Part shown: positions 13,837 through 26,350 of the stretch, piece by piece
Layout: each line of letters opens with the position of its first letter
Numbering within the stretch: position 1 is the first letter of the stretch
DNA from: Plasmodiophora brassicae
Lineage: Eukaryota
NCBI GenBank assembly: GCA_036867785.1
Contig: CP145424.1
Location: 744,001 to 808,000, forward strand
Length of the DNA: 64,000 nucleotides
Direction: 5' to 3'
Program-made: the position numbers and the translations under genes
Notes under the pieces: generated by a model
What the model saw: only the letters and a program-made list of their open reading frames with translations
Database searches by the model: none
What the model was told of the DNA's origin: nothing

Positions 13837-16019
13837 TTATGTCAACGCGTTGTCGATTGCATCCGACAGGATGGGCACGTACGCAGCACTAACGTGGGTA
13901 CCGTCCAGGCTGAGGTCTTCACGGAATCGCCCGTTGTGCAGCAACCTACCGAACAGCAGCAGTGGTTAATACTGGGGGCATCCATCCCCGAGATGGAACA
14001 TTTACCGGTCGCAGAAATCCAACCAAAGGACTGGTGCCCGCAGGCGACGTTGCAGTACGCGATTGAACGCCATCGTTGTCGTGCGCGTCAGATCGAGAAC
14101 AGGAACGACAGGATGGACTAACACTCGCAGGCCGCGACGCGCCACCTGCTCCAGCACATCAACGTACACACGAACCTGTCACATTCTTAAACGCCTGTCG
14201 CATTCCCCGACCACAGCGATTGGACCGTTGCTTCAATGGCCTCGTTCATCGTGTCGTAGTAGCCGTGCTCGACGGCGCGAATCATCCCGTCCCGGCAGTC
14301 GATCTCGCCGATGTTGACGATGACGTCGGCGCCAGGCGGGATCAGGTCAACAGAGGCCCAGAACGCTGACTTCGTGAAGAACGTGGACGACGGGCGCAGG
14401 TGCCAGCACTTCACACCGGTGATCACATGTGGGATGAACATTCGCCCACGGGCGCAGACACGCCAGGCGGAACTGAGCCCATGTGAGTCAGCGATGACAT
14501 GGAATCGTCGCTGGGCGGGAGCCAGCGGCACTGTCATGCTGTGCAGAAGCTGGACAACGCAGCAGTAGTACGCGTGCTCGTTCCGGATCGTCGTCGTGTG
14601 CAGGCCACGGGGCCGAACCGTCTCCACCACCGCTATCATCGACGGTAGCGCTCGCAGCTCACCCGTCAGGAACAGCAATTTCACGGCTGTGAACGCCAGC
14701 GCCAACAGATCGAGGTCGAGGTCGCTCGCAGACGGAGAGGCGACCGTGTCCTGGGCTGGGCTTCCCGGGTCGAACGTCCTGGGAATATCGTCGAGCAGAC
14801 CAGGGGGCACGAATTCCGATTGGGGATCCTTGCGGACGGCAACGATACCACGCAGCGGGCTGGGAAGAGCATCGAAATGGCGGTCGAAGAAATCGCGAAT
14901 ACGGTCGAATGCGTCGGCGTGCCTGCAGACCGTCTCGAGAGCATGAACGAGCGTGAGCGTTAAGTTGGCGCGCACCGCAAGGGGCAGGTCAGGTTGGATG
15001 GATAGAGCGCGCGAGTATAAGTCGACGCAGATCGGCATCGACGCGCTCGTTTTGAACACGTCGCCCAGGAAGGCCAGCGCCGATGGCACATTGGCCGCAT
15101 CCCCTGACCACAGGCACGTCAGTGAGTGGAGAATACGTGGCCTCACCATACGCTGCCTACCGATATGCGGCAGAAGGGCGTCAATGGAAGAAACCGAACG
15201 AGCAAGGCACTGTCGTGCGGGTTCCTTTTCAGGCGTCTCGGTAAGTACGAGTTTGACCAGAACGGGGATGGCGTCATCAAGCCGGTGCTGGCGAGCCGCC
15301 TCTCGCGCGTACAGTAAAAGGGCGGGCGAACAGCGTGGGTTCGTGCGAAGGATGTCCTGAGTAACAGTGATCGATTGCTGCCAGCGTTCCAGGCCTGCCA
15401 AACAGGCCGCCATCTGGACCAGATACTCGTCACTGTCATTGTCGCCTAGAACGTCGAGCGCATCTTGGTAGCGGTTCTGGGCGCTCAGAGACCGGGACAG
15501 AAGAACGTTTATGGTCTGATCCCGGTGCGGTATTTGACGAAGGACGCGCTCGGCCAAGGCAGGCCGGTGGCATGCCAGATAGACATCTGCTAATAGCTGG
15601 CGGGCACGACGTGACTCGATGTCGTCTGCCCCCAATGACGCGAGGCCGAGCTTGAGGGCCTTAATCGCTTGGTTGATTCGTCGTTCTGCCACTAGGCGAC
15701 GAACGCCATCGACCCAGCTGGGTCCGCATTTCACTAGCCGCACGAACACATCCTGTCGGTGCTGGACTGATTCGGACAGGACCTACAGAAAGCGCTGTCA
15801 TGACGCGAGCATGACGCGAGGGGGACAAATGCCATGTACCTGATCGAGTGGGAGAAGGCGTTTGTCGGATGTCTCCAGCGTGACGTCGACACTAGCCTGA
15901 CGGGCAGACTCGATTCGTGGCCGAATAACGTCAACGGCCTGTGCGCCAGTCAGGCAGAGGTCGACCTTTACCGCCAGGTTGCCTTCTGCGAAATGGACAT
16001 AGCAGTAGCGAGCCGCCAT
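13837..16019 (-). CDS. TPR-repeat protein with C-terminal SGNH-like domain
   Basis: Helical TPR-like repeats in ORF 14187..15749. C-terminal motifs IADSH, NIGEIDCR and (last exon) LDGTH. Start ATG 16019, stop 13837. Confidence 0.65.
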
Positions 16020-16268
16020 CGAACCGGCCCTCTTGATTGGCCAACTGAACACTGAGGCCGCAACGCTGTTACGTTTCATGACCAGACCAAGAAGGGAGGT
16101 ACATTTGTGGAGCGCGGCGTGTGACCAACCAATACGTGTGACAGAAAGAACGCGTCAAAGGGTCCGTCGCGTCGCCACCACGCGTAGGGTTCTGGCCACA
16201 CAGGTGTACCATGGGACCCAAATATCCGCGTCGTGCCATTATGAACGGTAGGAGGAACTGGGCGGTGC

Positions 16269-16688
16269 ATGGGAGCGTATCTGGGAAGAGTCGGGTTGAA
16301 CATGGGGGCGCCCGCCCCAGCGCAACAGCCCGGACGGGACAGTAGCGCCGTCGCAAGCGACTGGCTATCATCCGGCTTCATGACGTTCGTCAGCGTCGTC
16401 GTCGCGCTTGCTGTCGTTTCCGGCCTGTACTTCATCGCCCGGCGGGCGCTGCGACGCTACCGGCGCCGCCAGGCCGCCGCCCGCGCACCGGCCGCCGCAT
16501 TGTCGTACCGGCCGCGCGCCACCCCGTTCCACAAAGGCGAACTGCGCCTCGCCGTCCGGCCCGACAGCGACGTCGCCCACGCGCTCGACGCCGCCGCGTC
16601 CCCCGCGCTCCGTACCCAAACGGCGGCGGCAGCAGCACCCGCCCTCATCGCCATCCCAATCACGAGCGCCCCTCCAGGGTCCATTTAA
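16269..16688 (+). CDS. Small single-pass membrane protein
   Basis: 139-aa ORF with one hydrophobic helix (FMTFVSVVVALAVVSGLYFIA) followed by a basic RRALRRYRRR stretch; GC-rich coding style. Confidence 0.55.
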   Translation: MGAYLGRVGLNMGAPAPAQQPGRDSSAVASDWLSSGFMTFVSVVVALAVVSGLYFIARRALRRYRRRQAAARAPAAALSYRPRATPFHKGELRLAVRPDSDVAHALDAAASPALRTQTAAAAAPALIAIPITSAPPGSI

Positions 16689-16848
16689 GGGGGACGCAGC
16701 CGTACCTGCATCGATTCGAAATGTAAACCTGCACGGAAACCACCCTACCAGGCGACCATCGCCTACTGTGTGTTGCGCGACACATACGTTATGTAGCAAG
16801 GACGACAGTGCAGCGGGATCGCCCCGCGGACTGCGTGACGTGTTGCGG

Positions 16849-16881
<33 letters not shown>
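16849..16881 (+). repeat. (GTC)11 microsatellite just upstream of the EPC start
   Basis: Direct read: 11 perfect GTC units ending 4 nt before ATG 16886. Confidence 0.95.
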
Positions 16882-16885
16882 TGCG

Positions 16886-18577
16886 ATGAGCCGTCACCTG
16901 CGGACGCGCAACGTCGACGCGCAGCGCCGACTGCGCGTCGCGGTCGTCGACACGACGGCGCAGGAGGACGAGGCCGAGGAACTGCAGCGCCTGGCCGAAA
17001 ACATCGACGTGCCGCAACACGTACGCGAGCGCCCCCCGCAGACAGTGTGGGATCGAGGTTGCCAAACGTTGTCGTGTGCAGGGGTTGATCACGACGGGGG
17101 CTGGCGCTGGCCCGGAGATCCCCGTCCCAGATGTGCTGACTGTTTCGGAGCTTCCTGCCGCCGTGCCGGGCGTCGCGGATGGCGAAGCACCGAAATTCAG
17201 GCGCCCCCATCATTATATCCATTACTATCAGCGTAGGCGTTCCCCCTTGGAAGTGTGTGTGTGACACCGGGCTGATGCGCGCATGAACAGACTGTGGGTC
17301 CGGTATAATTAGTGATGAGGTCCACTACGACCTGCGAAAGGAGGATATGGAGTGGTGCACGGAGCACGCCATGGACGCCGACGTCGTGGAATCGCTCATC
17401 ACCGTGTTCGAGAAGGAGGCGGGCCAGAGGACCATGTCGTACGACTGCCAGAGCGTTTTCGGCGTTGGCGAGGCCGTCCGGCTGGCATCCGCGAAGTACC
17501 CGGAAAACATCGCCGCAGCCGTCTACGAGTACTGGATTGGGCAGCGCCGGCGTAAGAGGAGAACGCTGATCTCCGTGTTCAACGAACCGCCCACCCACGA
17601 TGACCCGTCGCCGCACGTCGCGTTCCGATCCCGGGAGAACACCAGAAAGGTGCGGATCCGTGCACGGGTTCCGAATGCCGAGCGACTCAATTGGGGATAG
17701 ATTGCCACGCGCAACCCGAGGAAGAACGATGCCAATGCGTTCTGCAAGCTCCGCCTCCTTCGAGGTGATACCCAGAACGTCCTTCACATTCTGGAGTTGA
17801 TTCAGAAACGGGAAGCGCTGAAGAGGAATCGGTATACCCGGCGACCGCCCGCCGTGGTCGGCTATGCCCTGCCTCTAACCTGGGCGTCCCTGCAGGCTCC
17901 TGCTGGAAGCGGAAGAGTTTGACGTTCGGCTGTCGCAAATGCAGTACGTTCAGATCGTGAAGGCGTCGCCGTCAAAGACGGCGCGCGAGAAAGAAGTCAT
18001 GGCGAATTTGGAATCGTCTGTTGGGAGGTCAACGTATCAGTTGGACATTCTGGCGAATCGTGCCAAGTCGAAGCGCAAGATCCCGCGTATCAAAGTTCGC
18101 CCGGCGACTTCGGGGGTCGCTACCCCTCGCCCTGCACCTCAGGTTGCCGCATCGCCGTCACAGCCTGTGGCGCCTGTCACGACCTCGGTGGCGCCGTTGC
18201 GCGCTCCACTCCAGGCGCTCCCCTCTGCGTTCGATTTCAAGTTCGCCAACATCGCGCTGTCATCCGACGAAGAGTCCAGCGAAGGAGAAACTGAATCGGA
18301 CGTTGCGTTCTATGCACAAGTGGAACGGTACCTTGCTGGCCAGTCTGCGCCAGACGCTGTGTCCCGCAAGAAGAAATCCAGACGCGGTCATGACCCGTAC
18401 CCCGACTTCATCGGGCAGGTGTTTACCCGTGTCGGGCGGTGCGGCCAGGTCTGGCTGGACCCGGTGATCTTTGACAAGTTCGGCGTGAAAGCACCGGAGG
18501 TCGTCGACCACCAGAAGCAGGCTGCTGTACCTATCCAGCCGATCGCCACCAAGTGTCCAAGGCCGCCGTCCCCCTAG
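16886..18577 (+). CDS. EPC: Enhancer of polycomb-like (EPC/Epl1) NuA4 subunit, multi-exon
   Basis: MSRHLRTRNVD, EIPVP, YDLRKEDMEW, VYEYWIGQR, PSPHVAFRSRE, RKNDANAFCKLRLLR..LELIQKRE. Confidence 0.82.
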
Positions 18578-18649
18578 GTAGTAGCACCTTTCTATATACT
18601 AAGCAGAACCAGGCAGTCCGTGTCGTGGCGGCTGGATTAGTCGGTATGT

Positions 18650-20495
18650 TTATTGACGGAGCAGGGAAGGAGGTGGTGATCGATGGTACATGACGTACAG
18701 CGCCTCGCTGTGAGCACGGTGACGTAGCAATATGTACATGAGGATTCGAAGCGCCCAGACATCCGATGGCGACGCGTCGTGCGCCTTCAACGCGCACGCC
18801 AGCGCCTGTTCGAATTTCCCGGCCAGGCAGTACGCGGTGCACAGGGCGCCATACACGTGGACAAGCTCGTCAGCGTGGTCGCTGGGGACCACTTCCGACA
18901 TACACAGCAAAGCGTCGTCGAACCGGGCCAGGGCACACAGCGCTTCGCATCTGTACAGCCGCACGAGCAGCGAGACGTGGCGATCGGCCCCGTCAACGGC
19001 GCTCACGTTCACCTGGTCCAGCCAGTGCAACGCTTCCGAGAACCTGTGCAGTGCCAGGCAGATATACGCTAGGCCCAGAAGCGCCATCTGCACACACGCA
19101 ACGCTGAATGTCGGCAGGGCATCAACAGGGGACGCTCGAACGAACCTGTGTTATTTGCGGCGATTTCGACAAGGCAAGCGCGTTTCGATAATGGGTATGG
19201 CCAGACATCAGATCGGCGAGCAGGGCGTCAGGAGGGTGCCGCGATCGCATCAGCTGAAGTCTCGGAACCTGCGCAAGAACCATCAGAACGACCGATTGCT
19301 ACAGCGACAGACGAGCAACCGACCTGCTGCGCTGACATGGTCTCAGGTATCCTGACGATGAATGGTTCCGCCGACCTCCATACCGCATACTGCTGCGCCG
19401 TCGCCGCGCCAAGTAGCAACCAGAGCCAGGCGGATCCATAGATGGACGACACGCTCAACTAAGGTACACCAAATCAGGCCATGGTTTACGCGCAATCGCA
19501 CAGGCGTCATTCGTTACCGAAAGTTCCCTGACGGCATCCTTGGCCATGGCGCCCCCAGCCACATGCATGAGCTGGACGCCCCGATTGAACCGGATCTGTG
19601 GGCCCAGGCTGGAATCATGGACGGTGCCGGCAACGGACAGGGCGCGTTGGAAGTAGAAGGCTGCCGCACTGTAGCGCTGCATGGCGAAGTGGACGCAGCC
19701 GAGGTTGTTCAGGTAGACGGCCGTCACCTGCGGGTTGGTCGGGCACGAATACTGCACGTTGTTCAGCAGCTTGATGGCCTTGATCCACTTGTCGTTGCAG
19801 CACTCGAGGCGCGCCTTCACCAGCAACGCCGACGCCTTGTGGAAGTCGCTGATGAACGGCTCGTTGTCCTTGTTCAGGATCTGCAGCGCCGACTTGACGA
19901 TCTTCTTCGCCGACCGGTCGTTCCGGGACATGAAGTGGATCCGGGTCTGGTACAGGTGGATCCAGACCGCCAGTTCGGTCGGCGACGGGACCGGCGTGCA
20001 ATTCACGGGCGGTTCCGAGCTCGACGGGGGCGACGACAGCAACTGTGTCTTGATGGTCGTCAGGTCCTCGAGGACCGATTCCGCTTTCTCGATGTTGCGC
20101 GTCCTGACGTACACGTCCAGTAGGAGCAGGGCGATCTTGATCGTGAGGCCGAGGTCCAGTTGGGATCGGATGGCGTAGACCGGAGCGATCAGGTCGCGAG
20201 CGTGCGCGAACTCGCAGAGTCGCACATGCAGAACGGCACGATTATACCGCAGCACGACGCGCTCATCGACGTCGTCGGCGGATGCCAGATCAAGGGACTC
20301 CAGCGACCGCAGCAGACTGGTGGCGTCATTGACCCCGGTCAGCAGGTAGTCGGTGACGATGACGTTGTGCCGGTGGCGGCGCCGCTGCGAGTCCGACGTC
20401 ATATCGCGGTCGCGCGACTCGGACAGCAGCAGGGACAGCGCCGTCGAGTAGTCGGCGGCCTCGAACGCCACCGCCGCTGGGTCCTGCGTCGTCAT
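18650..20495 (-). CDS. CNOT10: CCR4-NOT complex subunit 10
   Basis: HNVIVTDY, LRYNRAV, YLNNLGCVHFAMQRYSAAAFYFQRAL, FNRGVQLMH, AWLWLLLG, LAYICLAL, LYRCEAL. Confidence 0.82.
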
Positions 20496-20724
20496 CCAGA
20501 GGGCTCAAAGACAAGGTCGCCGTGCGCGCACTGCGTGAAACTGTCGACCCGAACCCCAGTGGCGCGCGCTATGCCTATTACGACTGTGCTGCGCGCGCCT
20601 TGCCCCCACACGTGGGAGCTGCACACCCGAGCTGCAGTGCGCGCACTGCGGCGGGCACCGGACTGCAGTCGTGGGTTCGGCTGACAGTCAGTGCGGCCCC
20701 CTCCTCTCCCCCCAGCGCCACGCC

Positions 20725-21996
20725 ATGGACAGCCTGCCCAGCGACGTCCTGCTCCACGTGCTGCGGTTTGCGGACACGGCCACGTTATCGGCGTATCGCG
20801 CGTCGAGCCAGCGGAGCGTTGCCCTGGTGGACCGGCGCGTCGAACGCATGGTGGAACGGGATCGCTGGATTGCTGACGACCTGCCCCCGTATGCTGTCAG
20901 ACTCGCGGCGTGCGCGCTGATGCGGGCTTGTCTTGCGTTCGACGACCGCCGACCCGCACTGCGTCAACTGGCGCGTCTGTTCGTCAAACGGAACCGCCCC
21001 GATGCGTTGCGCTGCTGTCTGGAACGCCCTTACGACGTGGACAGCGTAACGTTTAGGGACCTTCTGGGCATGTCGCCTCAGGGGGTCCTACACATAATAG
21101 ACGCGTGGGGGTCGTCCTGTCTGAGACGTGGTGATTACGACTCGCCGCGACAAGCCCTGCGCGCCTGCATTCGTGACGGCCAGATCGACGCCATTCGTGT
21201 TCTCGTTAACGTCGGAACGCCAGTCAGCGTCGCCGACCTGACCTGGGCGGTACGACTCGCGCGCCCCGATATCGCCTCGCTTCTGGCCGCGCATGGCATC
21301 GAAATCGCCCGGTCGGAGCACAGCCGTGACCTGATTGACAACTGCACGTTGGGGCACGACGACATCGTCGAGATGCTGCTGGCTCAGGGCGCCGACGCAG
21401 CCGCCCACGACAGCCTGGCCCTGTACTGGGCGGGCAAACAGGGCCATAGTCGTATCCTGCGGATGCTCATTGAGCATGGAGCGGATCCGTCGTCGATGGA
21501 TAGTCGGACGCTGGTGGCGGCCAGCAGCAACGGCCACCTGGAAGCCGTGCGGGTCCTGCTGGACAACGGCGCAGACGTGCACGCTGGTGATGATGCAGCA
21601 CTGATCGTCGCCTGCCGTCTGGGGCACCATGCCGTTGTGGCACTTCTGCTCCAGCGTAACGCCCGTGTTGGAGCGAGGGATTCGCTAGCGCTGATGGAAG
21701 CCTGCGGGCACGGCCGCCGACGCCACGGCGATCACGCGTTCGTCACCATCGTCGAGCTCTTGATTGCGTTCGGCGCCGACGTTCACCACAAGGGCGACGA
21801 GGCTATCCGACGGGCACAGGCGAAGCAGCATCACGACATTGTCAAACTCCTTCGTTCGGTTCGGCAAACGATGCCCTTAGACGGCAGAGACGAGCCGGGG
21901 TTGCAAGGACCAGGATGCACACCAGGCGGGGCATCCGATGCACGCTTGTCGCAGCCAAAGGTGCAGGGAGGACTTACCGCAGCATCAGATCGGTGA
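20725..21996 (+). CDS. F-box-like plus ankyrin-repeat protein, intronless
   Basis: N-terminal MDSLPSDVLLHVLRF (F-box-like), followed by about 6 ankyrin repeats (GHDDIVEMLLAQGAD, GHLEAVRVLLDNGADVHA). Confidence 0.8.
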   Translation: MDSLPSDVLLHVLRFADTATLSAYRASSQRSVALVDRRVERMVERDRWIADDLPPYAVRLAACALMRACLAFDDRRPALRQLARLFVKRNRPDALRCCLERPYDVDSVTFRDLLGMSPQGVLHIIDAWGSSCLRRGDYDSPRQALRACIRDGQIDAIRVLVNVGTPVSVADLTWAVRLARPDIASLLAAHGIEIARSEHSRDLIDNCTLGHDDIVEMLLAQGADAAAHDSLALYWAGKQGHSRILRMLIEHGADPSSMDSRTLVAASSNGHLEAVRVLLDNGADVHAGDDAALIVACRLGHHAVVALLLQRNARVGARDSLALMEACGHGRRRHGDHAFVTIVELLIAFGADVHHKGDEAIRRAQAKQHHDIVKLLRSVRQTMPLDGRDEPGLQGPGCTPGGASDARLSQPKVQGGLTAASDR

Positions 21997-22450
21997 AGCA
22001 GGTGCCGAGCACGTGCCACCATCAACACCTATATATTGACGTCGGTTTCGGATGCAAACCAGCGACGTATCATACAGAGCAACGACACCAGAACGATCAC
22101 CGGACGACGTCAGTAGTGACCTCTCAGTGATGTGTCGCGCTCGCCGCGAGAACGCGATGCCAAGCGACCGTTGACCACAAAATGCAGCACTTCTGGCCTG
22201 TCCTATCGATCGATTTCTGTTCGAACCAACACGTGTGACGGAGAGATAGGGCTTGCTCGGCTCGGAACTCCGGTGACTACAGCGCGCCCCGACAAAAATA
22301 GCTGTTCAGGCGGGGCAGATGACTGGCGGGGCGGGCAACGCAGTTTCGCGTGACCCGCTGCCGCCCGGCGTGGTGGACTGCCAATTCGCAACACGACGAC
22401 GATTTTGGACAGCACTGAGGCGACCGGAACGATATAGGTAGAGAGACACG

Positions 22451-23152
22451 ATGGCGTCCGTACTGCAACGTGTTGTACGCGCGGTGATGGCGCGCCGCGT
22501 GTCGGGGCTCGAATCGGTGCGAGGTACGTGACGGGACGCGGGTCTCATTATATGGTTTGGGAGCGCCGGACGATTGACGATGGAATACAGGGTCGGCGTC
22601 GCCTGGCAGTTACCTGTGGCCGCTCAGTCTCGCCCTGTCCGGCGGTGCTGTCCTGTACAACCATCGCGATCTGCCGCACGGTATCGAGGATGTCGACCCC
22701 TGGTACGCTGTCGCCGATTCTTATTGGTCGTTCGCGCTGTAGACAACTGTATCGAACACGACCTGCCTGAACCCGAATCAGTCGTCGCCTCAGCCGTTTC
22801 CGACCGCACCGACACCGATGGCGTTCAGGTAGCCGCACCGGATGCTCCCCGCATGAATCTTGTCACGAGTGTGTCGTCGCCTGCGAAGGTCGACGAGCTG
22901 TTAGACCCTGGTGTGGTCCTGCAGGTCGTTCAGGAAGCACCTGGTCGTATCCGACCACCTGCCGTGGTACAGCAGGATGCTGTCCCTGTCCAGCCTACTA
23001 TGCTCGAGATCCTCCACGCCGATGTGTTCCCCGATGCACCCGCCCCTGAAGACGTCTTCTCGTCGCTGCAAGACGGTATCCACCAGGTTCTGCCAGCCAT
23101 CCGCGATCGGTTCAGCCTACGCCGGTGGGCCATGATCAGCGCGGTTCTGTGA
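22451..23152 (+). CDS. Hypothetical protein (uncertain spliced model)
   Basis: ATG 22451 (MASVLQRVVRAVMARR) and plausible GT-AG introns leading into ORF 22574..23152; no recognisable motif. Confidence 0.3.
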
Positions 23153-23263
23153 CACCCTTCAATACAGGCCTGGTTGCATGAAATCGGGTTCGCTTGGTTG
23201 TATCGTAAAAACAGGAGTATGGGACATGCTGAAGCCGGATGTATGGGCTGGGTAGGCTGGTTA

Positions 23264-24631
23264 TTAGGCCCAAATCCCGACGATGGCCATGGCGGCGGCC
23301 CCGAGGTACACAGCGGCCATGTTGACGCATTTGAACCCCCAGGAGAACGTCCGGAACGACGCGTTATGGTTGATCTGTCAGAAGCCACCGTGTCATCGTT
23401 ACCAATGCATTGCCTCCATCCACTGTTGACAGCAGCACGTACCTCGACCGACAGGAGCTCAACGTACGTGTTGTAAATCAGGACGCCCGCCCTGATGGCA
23501 ACCGTCAGTGCTACTGAATCGCTTCCCGCGGACGATGACTGCGTACGATAAGGAGTCCATAATGCCTTGCACGACGATGACCGTGCTCGACCTGTCGTTG
23601 AACGAGCTGTGGATGCCGATGCCGATCGCCATTCCAAGCGGCGTCACCAGAGGGTACAGGATCCCCAGGACCAGGTACTTGCAGAAGGTCGCGTTCTTCA
23701 TGACGGCGACGAGCGACCCCAGGGCCATTCCTTCGAACACCTGCGCCATCCAATTCCGTTACTTTCATTCCGGGACACGAACCACATCGCCCCTGCACCG
23801 CACCTGATGGAAGCAAATGGCAATGAGCAGCGTCTGGAATTCGGCCGTGTCGGACGTGACGCCCAGCGTGACGCCAATGATGATCGAGTGGAACAGAATG
23901 CTGCACTCCAGCATGATCGTCGACTATGCCGAGACGGGATCGTTGTCAGACGTCGACCAGTACGTACGTATGCGATCCAGGCATACCAGGTTGGATGCAT
24001 GGTCGTGGCCATGGCCGCCTCCGCCCAGCTGGGCGCTGTGCCCCGACGGCATCGCGTTCGCCAGTGCCAGCTCGCTCCTGTTCTTGCGTACGTTCTTGTC
24101 GATCTGGACGGTGCTGCTGTCCCTGCTGTCGTCCGATGAGTGCACGGTGCTGTCGTCGTACACGACGTTGTTGTAAGGGGTCATGGCCGACCGGGCGCCG
24201 TAGCCGGTGGCGAACAGCTCGATGAGCTGGACCGCGAAAGAGGCGCCCAGCGCGAACACGCCGACGAAGTTGACGCCGTAGCCGGACCATTCGGCGCTCA
24301 GGCACGGGTTCGAGAACTGGGTGTACGCCTCGGACAGCAGGTGGAACCAGGCGGTGGCCGCGATCACGCCGATGCCGAACATCTTGAACACCTGGAGCGC
24401 GCGCGCAACGGTCGGGCTGCTCGTCTTGCGCGTCCCGAGGAAGATGGCCGTGAAGATGCCGATCGAGGAGAACGCGGCAAGAATGAAGACACCGCCGATG
24501 TGCCATGGCATCGAGTAGTCCTGCGAGGCCAGCGGCGCCGAACAGTCGGGCGTCTCCGTCGCTTTGCCCATGACGAATGGGATGATGCCAACGGTGTAGA
24601 CGGCAACGAGGAGTACTGGGCGGTTCGTCAT
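23264..24631 (-). CDS. ZIP-family zinc/iron transporter (Zrt/Irt-like)
   Basis: FGIGVIAATAWFHLL, His-rich loop GHGHDH, HSIIIGVTLGV, HQVFEGMALG, LVTPLGMAIGIG, C-terminal GAAAMAIVGIWA. Confidence 0.92.
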
Positions 24632-25019
24632 TGGTTCGGCGTTCGCAAGGAGCGGCCCGGTGTGTGGGTATACCTCTTCGCGTCTATAATTCCACGACAA
24701 ATAAGTGTTCTGGGATAAGAAAGGCGGCAGTTGTGTTGAAATCCCTGGCGAGGGACGCCTGTCGGTTGCGTCACCGGCCGGTCACTCGATGACGTCACTG
24801 TGTGTCAACTGGGCGCTGACGACCCCTGTGCAGTGCATCGGAAGTTGTATACGGTCTCTGGACCGATGCTAGATGGCAGTACACAGGCAGAAGACGGCAT
24901 CGTACACGCTTGCTCGTACTCATTCGCATCTGGGAGTCGGCGGCGCTGCGTCTGCGATGGTCCAGCGGGAGCGGCGTTCACAACGGGGTCCTCGGCACTC
25001 TAGATGTATTGCAATATGA

Positions 25020-26209
25020 TTACAAGGGCACCTGTTGCCTGAAGTGTTTAGCAAGCCGATGCGCCCGGAACTGGAACCTCATCGCCTGCCAGTGCTTTAG
25101 CCGTGCGACACGATGCGCTCGCTTCTCCAGCGCAGCCGGTGCCGCCAGCTGACGTTCCGCAGCGCCAATCATTTTGATCGCTGCCAGGTTCCGTCGTCTG
25201 GTGTCCATCGTGGTCGACGTTACTCGCTGCCTGTAGATGGCTCGGTACTGCCGATGGCCGATCACGTCGCCGTTCGTGAGGACGAGCTCGCCGAATTCGT
25301 TGATTTCGCTGACGGCGCTCGGCCCGCGATACAGGGCGACATCGACAACGCCGTTACCAGCATCGTCCATGGTGGCGAGGTCGAAGTTGTAGAACTGGTC
25401 GAACTCGAACCCATCCATCTCCTCCACGTCGACCATCTCCAGATCCGAATCCTCGTCATCCTCGTCCACGTCCTGAGCACTAACCGCGTCGTCGTCATTA
25501 GCCGTGGGTTCCCATCGCATCTTGCAATGGCTTTTGTCGGCCATGTGCGACCAGACCGCGCGCAGCGACCCAAATGCAATGTTACAGTAGACGCACACAT
25601 GCCCGATACCGACCTGGGGACAGAGACAGGGTCAGATTGGCCATCCACAAGCGGGCTACCAGCGTTACTCACCTTGCAGCCAAAGTAGGTCAACAGGCCG
25701 TCCAGGTCGACGAGGTATTCAGAGTACGGGACAAAGAATCCATGCGCTTTGGTCATGTGATTCAAGCAGGCGTCAGTATCATCGAACTGTCCTGGGCAGA
25801 ACAAGCAGGTGCCCAGCGGGATCGGGGCTGGCGTCCTGTTGCGTGTGACGACAACGAACGAGGATGTCTCGGACGGTGTCGCTGACGACGAGTCCGACAC
25901 GCGTTTCAGGTGCTTCTTCGACCGCATGTGATGGTCGTACCCTTTCGACGACTGGAACGACTGATTGCAAGACGCGCACGTCAACGCCTGGTCAGGTTTG
26001 GATTGGGCGGCCGCCGCTTCCTGAACAGCCGTGACTTTCAACGCAAAGTCCTCCTCGCTGAGCGGCGGGAGGTCCGCGCATTTGCGCTTCACGTTGTACC
26101 GATGCCACTGCGACGTGTAGTGCGATGATCGCGGCTCTGTTCCGACGATCGTTACGCGGCACGCATTGCAGACGAGCGACACGTCGTCAGGGACGACGGC
26201 GCTGGACAT
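25020..26209 (-). CDS. ZNF622: Pre-60S maturation factor ZNF622/Rei1 (C2H2 zinc fingers)
   Basis: CNAC..HYTSQWHRYNVKRK, CLFC..HMTKAHGFFVP..YLVDLDGLLTY, HMADKSHCK, ELVLTNGDVIGHRQYRAIYRQ, KHFRQQV. Confidence 0.92.
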
Positions 26210-26350
26210 GACGCACCGAGCGAAGAGTGTCCACGGAGTCCGCCACGGCGTCCGCGGGATACAGTTCGCTGCTCGTCGGGTCGGCGCCGGCTCGGATCGA
26301 CGATCCCGAACCGACTCTGCAATGTATTTGTAGGTACTGCAATACAGCAA

